A DNA stretch of 64,000 nt from Alphaproteobacteria bacterium (GTDB taxonomy: Bacteria; Pseudomonadota; Alphaproteobacteria; MPNO01), in assembly GCA_965248835.1 (NCBI GenBank), contig CBDFLJ010000002.1, forward strand, positions 864,001 through 928,000. Direction: 5' to 3'. A model generated the notes under the pieces. The model did not search any database, was not told the DNA's origin, and worked only from the letters and a program-made list of their open reading frames with translations. Of this stretch, positions 9,990-19,368 are shown piece by piece. Each line of letters opens with the position of its first letter. Position 1 is the first letter of the stretch. The translations under genes and the position numbers were made by a program.

Positions 9990-10324
9990 ATTACGGCTGA
10001 AGGCGCGTCTCAATTCGAGGACGGGCGGACAAGAACAACGCAACATCAGGCGAATCCAACAACGGAGGATATCATGAAATCGCTACTCAAGACATATGCG
10101 ATACTGCCGGCCGCCACCGTTCTGGGGCTGGCCATCGGGCTCGCAACGGCTTCGGCGGAAACATACAGGATCGGTCTTGCCGTTCCCGTAACCGGCACCG
10201 GGGCCGATGCCGGCAAACGCGAAGCGATCGGCGCCCATGCCGCCGTCACTGCGATCAACAAAGCCGGAGGAATCGGCGGAAGCATGATCGAATTGTTCTT
10301 CGCGGACACCGGCAGCAATCCTCA

Positions 10325-11268
10325 GAGCCGATCCGGAAAGTTTGAATCTATGGTGAGTGTGTTGCGGCGAGTCTGCGCAGCATGATGCGGATCATGGCGA
10401 GTCGGATGAAGGCGACGACGGATCGAACGTGACGTTCGAAGTCGCGAGCGAGGCGCCTGTTGCGGCTGATCCAGGCGAAGGTGCGTTCGACAATCCAACG
10501 CTTTGGCAGCACCTCGAAGCGGGGCACGTCGTTGCGCTTGACGATCTCGAGCCGCCACCCCCCGGTCTTGGCGACAGTCGCGGCCATCTTCGGTCCCTGA
10601 TAGCCGCCGTCGGCGTAGATCACCTCGATGAATGGGAACCGTCGCCGGGTGCGGCGCAAGAGCTCGTGGGCACCGTCGCGATCCTGAACGTCGCCGGAAT
10701 GCACCACGATGCCCAGCATCAGGCCGAGCGTGTCGACCATGATGTGCCGCTTGCGACCGGTGACCTTCTTGCCCGCATCGAAGCCTTGATCGTCGATCGA
10801 CGCCCCCCTTTTTGCGCCGCCTTGGCGCTCTGGCTGTCGATGACCGCGGCCGACGGGCTGGCTTCGCGTCCTTCCTCATCGCGCACCGCGACGTAGAGTT
10901 CATGATGGATCCGCTCCAGCGTGCCATCCCACTCCCATAGATCGAAATAGTCGTACACCGTCGACTTCGGCGGCAGATCCTTGGGCAGTGCATTCCACTG
11001 GCAGCCCGTGGACAGCACGGTGAAGATGCCGTTCAGAACCTCGCGCACGTCGACTGAGCGCTTGCGCCCGCCGCGCTTGGCAGAGGCGGGATCATTGGCG
11101 CGATCAGCGCCCACTCGGCGTCGGTCAGATCACTCGGATAGCGAAGTCCGCGACGCTCCGCCGCGCGGCGGTGTTCCGCAGTCCACATCGGGCTTCCTCC
11201 TGTAAACCGGATGCCCAGCACAGAATCACAAACGATTCTTCCGATTCAAGAACTTTCCGGAAGGGCTC
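10325..11268 (-). mobile_element. IS5-family (IS1031-like) insertion sequence, 944 bp
   Basis: Terminal IRs GAGCCGATCCGGAAAGTT and GAGCCCTTCCGGAAAGTT, with a TCA duplication at 10322-10324 and 11269-11271. Confidence 0.93.
10348..11188 (-). CDS. IS5-family transposase in three frames (A5G6 slippery site plus an extra frameshift near 11085)
   Basis: YPSDLTDAEW, GCQW..LP.DLPP.STVY.YF, IDSQS, YADGGY.G and RWIVERTFAW motifs. Confidence 0.9.
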
Positions 11269-12893
11269 TCAGGACGCGGTAAACGCGGTACGCAAACTTG
11301 TAGGCGATGACAACGTGCTGGCCATCGTGGGACCGCATTATTCCGGCGTGGCCGAGGCGACCTTTCCGCTGGGAAATCGACTCGGAATCGTTCAGATCGC
11401 CGTGGCGTCGTCGAAGCCGGGTGTCGCGGCGGCGAACCGGCCCTACGCTTTCCGTAACACGCTTACGGAAGACAAGGTGGCGGCGGCCGTGGTGGCCAAG
11501 TTCAAAGCTCGCTACAACCCGAAGAACGTCGCAATAATCACCGATATCAAGGATGCGGTATCGCGCGCGATCGGCACCGCCGTGTTGCCTGCGGCACTCA
11601 AGGCGGAGGGCATCAAGATCCTGAACCAGGGGAATCCGGTCACGTTCCAAACCAGCGACGCTCAGTTCACGGCCCAGATCACCTCGCTGAAAGCCATGAA
11701 TCCGGATGCCGTCGGCCTCGGCGCGCTTGGTCCGGATGCGCTGAACATAATCACGGAAGCACGCCGGCAGGGCATGACACAGCCGTTCTTCGGGACCGGA
11801 CCGCTCATGGAAGGCAATATTCCCGAAAAGGGCGGTGCCACCGTTGCCGGAACCGTCGCCGGCACGATCTGGGACTATTCGCTTGCCAATGAAGGCAGCA
11901 GGCAATTCATCGCAGACTATGAAGCGGTTTCCGAGACCATCTATCCCGGCGAATTTACCAAGCGTCCCGACTACTATGCCGTGAACGCCTATGACGCCGT
12001 TTACATGATAAAGGCTGCCATCGAGTCCGGTGCCATTTCTGCCGAAGGCTCCGATCTGAAAGGTGCCAGAAACAAGATCAGAGACTACATGGCGGCGCTC
12101 AAGGACTTCAACGGCGTTGCCAGCAGCGGCTTCAACGATGTCGGCGATGGTGTGAAAAATGTCGTCGTCTTCGAAATCAAGGATGGCCACTGGGCGCCGA
12201 TGCAATAATGTCCTTGCCGTGATCTTCGCCGGACGGTCTGTCGGATGATCGCGCAGCAGCTCGTCAACGGCCTGATGCTGGGCAGCACGTACGCGTTGAT
12301 TGCGCTCGGTCTCACTTTGGTGCTGGGGGTTTTCAACAAGCTCAATATCGCCCACGGCGACGTGTTCATGTTCGGCGCGTTTGCCGGACTGGCTGCCGCG
12401 GCGGCAGGAGCGTCGTTCGCCGTCGCCATTCTTGCCGGAATGGCGGCGGCGGCGATCGTCAACGTCCTGATTGAACGGTTTTGTTTTCATCCCCTGAGGA
12501 AATCACACTTCCTGGCCCCCATGCTCAGCACGATCGCGTTCGGCATCATGCTCCAGAACGTGGCGACGCAGATCTGGGGGTCTGATCCCTCGCGTTTTCC
12601 AAACGTCGAAGCCACGACACAATTCCATTTCGGAGGTGTGCTCCTCTCTTCCGTCCAGGTCGTCGTCCTCGTCGTCTCGATCGCCCTGATGGCCGTGATC
12701 GACCTGGTGATCCACCACACCCGGATCGGGCGAGCATTGCGCGCCACGGCATTTGACCGGGAAATCGCCGGCATGCTCGGCATCAATACCGGCAAGGTCA
12801 TCTTCTTTACATTCCTGACCGCCGGTGCCCTGGCCGGTATCGCCGGGGTGCTGACGGCCAATGTCTACTCGCAGATCACTCCGCATATCGGAA

Positions 12894-14285
12894 GAGCTAT
12901 GGCCAGAAGTTGGTGACGGGGTGAAGGGTTAAGGCGGCGTATCGTGGGGGTGATCGAGCCTCCACCTCTCCAACGAAGGAGTGATACGCCGTGAGCGACA
13001 ATAACGTTTTGAAGCTTTCCCAGCCATCGACGTTTTCCGATCCGTTGACCGAGGTGCTGCGCAGCGGCGCCCGGTCCCTGCTGGCGCGGGCGGTCGAGGC
13101 GGAGGTTGCCGCGTTCCTTGATGGCCACTCCGAGGCGCGCACCGAAGAAGGCCGCCGACGGCTGGTGCGCCACGGCCACCTGCCCGAACGCGAGATCATG
13201 ACCGGCATCGGCCCGGTTGCGGTTCGCGCGCCACGCGTTCGCGACCGCACGGGCCTGGGCGCCGACCGCATCCGGTTCAGCTCCGCGCTCCTGCCGCCTT
13301 ATGCGCGGCGCTCGAAGAGCCTCGAAGTCCTGATCCCCGTCCTCTACCTCAAGGGCATCTCCACGGGCGACTTCGCCGAGGCGCTGGCGGCCTTGCTCGG
13401 GCCGGACGCCGGCGGCTTGTCGGCCTCGACCGTGGCGCGGCTCACCGAGGTTTGGGCGGACGAGCACGCGCACTGGCTGAAGCGGGATCTGTCGGCCAGG
13501 CACTATGTCTACTTCTGGGCCGACGGCATCCATGTGCAGGCCCGGCTCGAGGACGATGCGCAATGCCTGCTGGTCATCATCGGCGCGACGCCGGAGGGTA
13601 AGAAGGAACTCGTAGGCCTCGTCGACGGGGTGCGCGAGAGCGCCCAATCGTGGCGCGAGCTGCTACTTGACCTCAAACGGCGCGGGCTCGCGGTCGCGCC
13701 CGAACTCGCCATCGCCGACGGCGCGCTCGGCTTCTGGAAGGCGATCGAGGAAGTGTGGCCCCGGACCCGCAGCCAGCGCTGTTGGGTGCACAAGACCGCC
13801 AACATGCTCAACAAGCTGCCCAAGAGCCAGCACTCGAAGGCAAAGCGTGCTCTCCAGGAGATCTGGATGGCCGAGACCAGGAACGACGCAGACAGCGCCT
13901 TCGACGCCTTCATCGAGACCTACGCCGTCAAGTACGACAAGGCGGCCGCATGCCTGGTCAAGGATCGCGAGACGATGCTGGCGTTCTACGACTTTCCCGC
14001 CGAGCATTGGAAGCATCTGCGCACCACCAACCCCATCGAAAGCACATTCGCCACCGTGCGACACCGTACCGTGCGATCCAAGGGATGCCTCTCCAACAAG
14101 ACGGCGCTCGCCATGGTCTTCAAACTCGCCCAGGCGGCACAGAACAGTTGGCGCCGCCTCGACGGACACAACCAGTTGCCCAAGCTGATCGTCGGCGTAA
14201 AGTTCATCGACGGAATCGAAGCCGTCAGGCAACAACCTCAAGCCGCCGCCTGACCCAAGCCGTCACCAAGATTCGGCTATAGCTC
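12894..14285 (+). mobile_element. IS256-family insertion sequence, 1392 bp
   Basis: IRs GAGCTATGGCCAGAAGTTGGTGACGG and GAGCTATAGCCGAATCTTGGTGACGG, with a 9-bp TSD ATATCGGAA at 12885-12893 and 14286-14294. Confidence 0.95.
12991..14253 (+). CDS. IS256-family transposase (intact)
   Basis: YLKGIST, WADGI, ADGALGF, QRCWVHK and HLRTTNPIES motifs. Confidence 0.95.
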   Translation: MSDNNVLKLSQPSTFSDPLTEVLRSGARSLLARAVEAEVAAFLDGHSEARTEEGRRRLVRHGHLPEREIMTGIGPVAVRAPRVRDRTGLGADRIRFSSALLPPYARRSKSLEVLIPVLYLKGISTGDFAEALAALLGPDAGGLSASTVARLTEVWADEHAHWLKRDLSARHYVYFWADGIHVQARLEDDAQCLLVIIGATPEGKKELVGLVDGVRESAQSWRELLLDLKRRGLAVAPELAIADGALGFWKAIEEVWPRTRSQRCWVHKTANMLNKLPKSQHSKAKRALQEIWMAETRNDADSAFDAFIETYAVKYDKAAACLVKDRETMLAFYDFPAEHWKHLRTTNPIESTFATVRHRTVRSKGCLSNKTALAMVFKLAQAAQNSWRRLDGHNQLPKLIVGVKFIDGIEAVRQQPQAAA

Positions 14286-14511
14286 ATATCGGAATCCGGC
14301 AAGGTATGATCGGAATGGTCGCAATGGTCATTGGCGGGCTCGGCAATTTGCGGGGGGCCATGCTCGGGGGCATGGCGGTCGGCGTGGTCGAAATTCTCAA
14401 CGACGCATATCTGGGTGCCGCCTACCGCGATCTTGTGGTGTTTTCGCTCTTCTTTGCCTTTCTCATCGTCAAACCGGACGGGCTGATCCCGCAGGACAGG
14501 GCCATACGCGC

Positions 14512-15363
14512 ATGAGCGTATATATGGAGGGCGTGCTGGCAATCATGGGGATCAATGTCCTCATGGCCTACAGCGCCTATGCCATTATGGCCACCGGGCA
14601 GTTATCCCTCGGCAATGCCGGCTTCATGGCGATCGGCGCCTATTGTGCCGGGTACCTGACGACGGTTGCGGGGGTCGATCTTCTTTTGGCGATCCTCGCG
14701 GGCGCCCTGCTTGCCGGCGCCGTGGGGTTGCTCCTCGGCATACCGGTGCTGAGGTTTCAGGGTTTCTTTCTCGTGCTGGCCACTTTGGGGTTCGGCGAGA
14801 TGGTTCGTGCCTTCTTCGTGAACTTCGAACCAACCGGCGGCGCCTACGGCATGCGTGGTTTGTTCGGTGTCGAACTTTATCATATCGGAAGTGCGGTGGC
14901 CGCTGTCACGCTCCTGATCTGGCTCCTGGAACGCTCGCGTATCGGGCGGGCATTCGACGCCGTCGCGGCTGACGAGGCGGCAGCGGGGGGGATCGGCCTC
15001 AATGTGCGGCTAATCAAGGTCCTGGCCTTCGGCTTCGGTGCCATGATCGCGGGCATTGCAGGCGGTCTCTATGCCCACTACCTTCTCTACATTGAGCCGG
15101 GCAATTTCACATTCCTGATTTCGGCAATGGCCGTGTTGTTCGTCATCCTTGGCGGCATGGAAACTGTGTGGGGTGCACTCCTGGGTGCGGCGATCTTCTC
15201 ACTGTTGCCGGAGGTTCTGAGGTTCATGCATGATTGGCGCCTCAGCCTGTTCGGCGCTGTCCTGATACTGCTGATGATTATTCGTCCGCGCGGTTTGTTG
15301 ACAAGGCAATTGATTCGAAATCTGATCCGGCCGCGGGCGAGAAGTTCCACCGGAAATGCTTGA
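14512..15363 (+). CDS. livM: Branched-chain amino acid ABC permease (LivM-type)
   Basis: GQLSLG.AGF..IGAY, LATLGFGE, GG....WG..LGA; overlaps the upstream stop (ATGA). Confidence 0.9.
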   Translation: MSVYMEGVLAIMGINVLMAYSAYAIMATGQLSLGNAGFMAIGAYCAGYLTTVAGVDLLLAILAGALLAGAVGLLLGIPVLRFQGFFLVLATLGFGEMVRAFFVNFEPTGGAYGMRGLFGVELYHIGSAVAAVTLLIWLLERSRIGRAFDAVAADEAAAGGIGLNVRLIKVLAFGFGAMIAGIAGGLYAHYLLYIEPGNFTFLISAMAVLFVILGGMETVWGALLGAAIFSLLPEVLRFMHDWRLSLFGAVLILLMIIRPRGLLTRQLIRNLIRPRARSSTGNA

Positions 15364-16108
15364 GGTCGACAGGGTCTCGATGCGCTTCGGCGGGGTGCGG
15401 GCGCTTGAAGAGGTGTCGCTGGTGTTGCCGAGTTCGGGCGTATTCGGCCTGATCGGTCCGAACGGCGCCGGAAAGACCACGCTCTTGAACATCCTGTCGG
15501 GATCCTATCAGGCGACTTCGGGATCGGTCCGCTTCCTCGGTCGCGATATCAGCCGGGCACAGGCACACAGGATCGCGCAAGCCGGCATCGCGCGAACCTA
15601 CCAGAACATCCGTTTGTTTACGGCGAACACGGTACTGGAGAATGTAATTGTCGCACAGAACAGCCGTGCGCCACTTCACGGCCTGCGATCGATGTTTTGG
15701 CCTGGCGGGGAGGCGGAACGCGTCCTGGCCGAAGAGGCGAAGGGGTTGCTCAAGCTCATGGATATCTGGGACAAGCGGGACAGTCCCAGTGGCGCGCTGT
15801 CGTACGGGGAACAACGTCGCCTGGAAATCGCCCGTGCTTGTGCGCTCAGGCCGCGGCTTCTGTTGCTCGATGAACCGTCGGCGGGCATGAATGCGGCCGA
15901 GACCGACTCTTTGTGGCATCGGATCGAGGAGCTGCGCCAAAACGGCTTGTGCTTATTGCTGGTCGAGCACGACATGGAGCTGGTGATGCGCCGTTGCGAG
16001 CATGTCTTCGTCCTCAATTTCGGAGAACTGATTGCCGAAGGGAGCCCCGCTGTCATCCAAAGGGACAGTTCGGTGATCGAAGCCTATCTCGGCGAGGAAG
16101 AAGACTGA
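15356..16108 (+). CDS. livG: ABC ATP-binding protein (LivG-type)
   Basis: GPNGAGKTT, LSYGEQRRLEIARA, LLLLDEP, VIEAYLG. Confidence 0.92.
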   Translation: MLEVDRVSMRFGGVRALEEVSLVLPSSGVFGLIGPNGAGKTTLLNILSGSYQATSGSVRFLGRDISRAQAHRIAQAGIARTYQNIRLFTANTVLENVIVAQNSRAPLHGLRSMFWPGGEAERVLAEEAKGLLKLMDIWDKRDSPSGALSYGEQRRLEIARACALRPRLLLLDEPSAGMNAAETDSLWHRIEELRQNGLCLLLVEHDMELVMRRCEHVFVLNFGELIAEGSPAVIQRDSSVIEAYLGEEED

Positions 16109-16857
16109 TGCTTGCGGTCCGCGGACTCGAGGCTGGCTATGGCGCCATCGAAGTGCTTCGTGGCGTGGATCTTGATGTCCGTCGCGGAGAAATCGTCACT
16201 CTGATTGGAGCGAATGGCGCGGGGAAAACGACATTGATGATGACGCTGGCGGGTGCCCATTCGCCAAGTGCCGGAATCATCGAATTCGAGGGCAACCCGA
16301 TCTTCGGGCTCCCGAGTCATCAAGTCGTCGGCAAGGGTATCAGTCTTGTCAGGGAGGGCCGAGGAATCCTGGCGCCGATGAGTGTTGAGGAGAACCTGTT
16401 GCTTGGCGGATATCTGCGCTCCCGGCAGCAGGTTTCAGAGGCGATCGAAAGTATCTATGCGCTGTTTCCCATCCTCGCCGAGCGGCGTCGTCAACCGGGA
16501 GGCACATTGAGCGGCGGCGAACAGCAGATGCTGGCGATCGGACGCGCGCTCGTCGCACGCCCGCGCCTGCTTATGCTCGATGAACCTTCGCTCGGTCTGG
16601 CGCCGAAGATCGTGTCGACGATTTTCGATTGTATCGATTCGCTGAGACGCGAAGACACTGCGATCTTGTTGGTGGAACAAAATGCCAGAAAAGCGCTGAA
16701 AATCGCGGATCGCGGCTACGTCCTGTCAGCCGGAAGGATCGCGATGAAGGGCGCTGCTGGCGAACTGTTGCAGGATCCGCAGATATTCGCTGCCTACCTC
16801 GGAAACGCGAACCAAACCGTTGAGCATGGTGGCGGAAAATCGGCGGCCGGAAAGTAA
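16108..16857 (+). CDS. livF: ABC ATP-binding protein (LivF-type)
   Basis: GANGAGKTT, LSGGEQQMLAIGRAL, LDEPSLGLAP. Confidence 0.92.
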   Translation: MLAVRGLEAGYGAIEVLRGVDLDVRRGEIVTLIGANGAGKTTLMMTLAGAHSPSAGIIEFEGNPIFGLPSHQVVGKGISLVREGRGILAPMSVEENLLLGGYLRSRQQVSEAIESIYALFPILAERRRQPGGTLSGGEQQMLAIGRALVARPRLLMLDEPSLGLAPKIVSTIFDCIDSLRREDTAILLVEQNARKALKIADRGYVLSAGRIAMKGAAGELLQDPQIFAAYLGNANQTVEHGGGKSAAGK

Positions 16858-17344
16858 CGTGTCCGGTACGAACGCCTGATGTCCGCGTGCATCGCAAGCT
16901 CCGGCAACTGGATACCTAAACGACGCATCTCTTGCGTGCCACCGAACTGTCACCGATCGTGTCCCGCGCCGTGGCGTAAGAGCGAGGTGCTCCACGCGGC
17001 ATCTGGCGGGTAGGGCCGGGATGCTCAGGCTGCCATTGTCGATTTACTCCCGGACAGCAGAGTTCGCCGGGTAACACCGGACGGCATTCAAAACAACCGA
17101 CAAGAGAGACTGCCGCCGTCCGGGCAACGGCGTAGGGCGGCAGATGGCGCTGCTCTGTCGCTGGACATATGGTGCGATGAACAGCAGGGCAGATCTATTC
17201 TGGCACGGCTGGTTCCCATTACCGGTCCGTCTTCGATTACCTCGGCGAACGTTCCGCAGCCTCATGATGCCCGGCCGCCGGCTGGATTGGCGCCGCACTG
17301 TCCGCGGTGCTAGGGTCCGCGCCGCACCGCTTGGCGCAGGAAAC

Positions 17345-19360
17345 ATGAACGAACTCGTGCGGCTCGAGCTGATCCGTGAATCGTTGATCGCCGTGGTCAA
17401 CGAGATGCGGGCGAACATCATCCACTCGTCCTATGCGCCGATCATCTACGAGGGGCACGACTTCTCCTGCGCGCTGATGGCCGCGGACGGACGGCAGATC
17501 GCCCAGGGGCTGGCCGACCACCCGATCCATATCTTTGCGGTGCCCTATTCGACCCGGCAGGTGGTCGAGGCGTTCCCCGGCGACATCAACGAGGGCGATC
17601 TGTTCCTGCACAACGATCCCTACACCGGCGGGACGCATCTCAACGACGTGCTGCTGCTTCAGCCGGCGTTCCACGACGGCGCGCTTGCGATGTTCGCGGC
17701 CATGCGCTGCCACTGGAACGACGTCGGCGGCATGACGCCCGGCAGCCTGTCGGGGCGGGTGAACGAGATCTATCAGGAGGGGATGCGCATCACACCGACC
17801 CGGATCGCCGCCGCCGGCGTGCTGAACGACGCCTTCATCGAGCTCCTGTTCAACAACATGCGCGGGCGCAATGAGCGGCTGGGCGATTTCAACGCGATGC
17901 TGGGGACCGGCCGCAAGGCGGTCGAGCACATCGAGCGGCTGTTCGCCCGTTTCGGCGGGCGGTCGCTGCTCGACGGCATCGAGGCGTTGATCGCCCGGTC
18001 CGAGCGGCTGCTGCGCACGCGTATCGCCGAATGCCCGGCCGGCGACTACTACGCCGAGGGCTATATCGAAAGCGACGGCACCAACCCCGACCCGTTGGTC
18101 GTCCGGCTCAAGCTCACCGTTGCCGGCGAGCGGATCGTCGCCGATTTCACCGGCACCTCGGCTCAGACCAACGGGCCGACCAATTGCGGGCCGGCGATGG
18201 CGCTGAACGCCGTGGGCACGATCGTCAAGGCCTTCCTCGATCCCAAGACCCCGATCAACCACGGCTCGTTCAACCCGATTGAGGTCATCGCTCCGGAGCG
18301 CAGCTTCATCAACGCGCGCGAGACCGCGCCATGCGGCGGCATGGCGGAAGTAAAGTTCCTGATCGATTCGGTTGTCGCCGCGGCGCTGTGCCAGGTGGTG
18401 CCGGAGATGAGCGTCGGCGACCTCAAGGGCGGGGCCAATCACATCCATATCGCCGGCCCCGATCCCGGCGGCTCGGGCGGCACCTACATCCACTACGAGT
18501 GGCCGGCCGGCGGCACCGGCGCCTCTGCCGGCATCGACGGCAACAACGCCGTGCGCAGCTACAACGAGGGCGACTTCAACTCGATCCAGTCGGTCGAGAC
18601 CGTCGAAGGCGCGTTCCCGTTGCGGATCGAGCGCTGCGAGGTGCGGGAGGGCTGCTGCGGCGACGGTGAGTTCCGCGGCGGGTTCGGGCTCCGCCGCGAG
18701 GTCCGGATCCTCGGCGAGACCGCGATGCTCTCGGTGCTGTCGGACAAGAACGTCATCCCGCCCTACGGCGTCGACGGCGCCCGGCCCGGGGCCGCCAACC
18801 GCTTCACCGTCGAGCGGGGCGGAAAGACCGTCGAGCCGTCGACCATGCCGGGCAAGGTGTCGGGCTTCCGGCTGGAGCGGGGCGACATCGTGCGCGAGGA
18901 GACCGCCGGCGGCGGCGGCCACGGTGATCCGCTGGACCGCGACCCGGCCCGCGTGACGGCCGATCTGATCGAGGGCTATCTCACCGCGTCCCAGGCCGAG
19001 CGCCGCTACGGCGTGGTGCTGGGCGCGGACGGCGCGCTCGACCGCGAGGCCACCCGGGCGAAGCGCGCGGACTTGCGTGCGGCGCGCCGTCCGGTGCGGC
19101 TGGAGCCCGCCAACGAGGAGCTGTTCGACGGCCCGCGCCGCCGGGTGATCGTGCCCGAAGCGGTCGCCGAGGCCGCGGGGATCGGGCAGGGCGAGCTGAT
19201 GGAAATCTCCACCGGCCGCGGCGCGCCGCTGCGCGCCTGGGCCGAGGTGCAGGGCGGCGGGGATGCGCTGCTGGTCGGGCCGTCGAGCCTGCGCATCCTG
19301 CGCGCCGCGCCGGGCGATACCGTTGTGATCGCACCCGCCCGACCGGTCCCCGAGCTCTGA
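17345..19360 (+). CDS. Hydantoinase B/oxoprolinase-family subunit with a C-terminal extension
   Basis: E..DFSCAL, NDPY.GGTHLND, HW.DVGG..PGS, G.GEFRGG.G, GGGG.GDPLDRD. Confidence 0.9.
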   Translation: MNELVRLELIRESLIAVVNEMRANIIHSSYAPIIYEGHDFSCALMAADGRQIAQGLADHPIHIFAVPYSTRQVVEAFPGDINEGDLFLHNDPYTGGTHLNDVLLLQPAFHDGALAMFAAMRCHWNDVGGMTPGSLSGRVNEIYQEGMRITPTRIAAAGVLNDAFIELLFNNMRGRNERLGDFNAMLGTGRKAVEHIERLFARFGGRSLLDGIEALIARSERLLRTRIAECPAGDYYAEGYIESDGTNPDPLVVRLKLTVAGERIVADFTGTSAQTNGPTNCGPAMALNAVGTIVKAFLDPKTPINHGSFNPIEVIAPERSFINARETAPCGGMAEVKFLIDSVVAAALCQVVPEMSVGDLKGGANHIHIAGPDPGGSGGTYIHYEWPAGGTGASAGIDGNNAVRSYNEGDFNSIQSVETVEGAFPLRIERCEVREGCCGDGEFRGGFGLRREVRILGETAMLSVLSDKNVIPPYGVDGARPGAANRFTVERGGKTVEPSTMPGKVSGFRLERGDIVREETAGGGGHGDPLDRDPARVTADLIEGYLTASQAERRYGVVLGADGALDREATRAKRADLRAARRPVRLEPANEELFDGPRRRVIVPEAVAEAAGIGQGELMEISTGRGAPLRAWAEVQGGGDALLVGPSSLRILRAAPGDTVVIAPARPVPEL

Positions 19361-19368
19361 GTCCCTCG

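Larger units (their letters stand above)
10074..12208 (+). pseudogene. Branched-chain amino acid-type ABC substrate-binding protein, interrupted by an IS5-family element
   Basis: N-part 10074-10324 (signal peptide, ..ADTGSNPQ) and C-part 11272-12208 (DAVNAVRKL..VLAIVGP) rejoin in frame once the IS and one TCA are removed. Confidence 0.9.
12245..14515 (+). pseudogene. livH: Branched-chain amino acid ABC permease (LivH-type), interrupted by IS256
   Basis: QQLVNGLMLGSTYALIALGLTL..NIAHG. After removing the IS and one TSD it reads ..TPHIG|IRQGMIGMVAMVIGGLG.. in frame. Confidence 0.9.

Noticed and set aside
16858-17344. Possible ncRNA or riboswitch in the long intergenic region
   Set aside because: I recognise no conserved motif or convincing structure. 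A covariance-model search would be needed.
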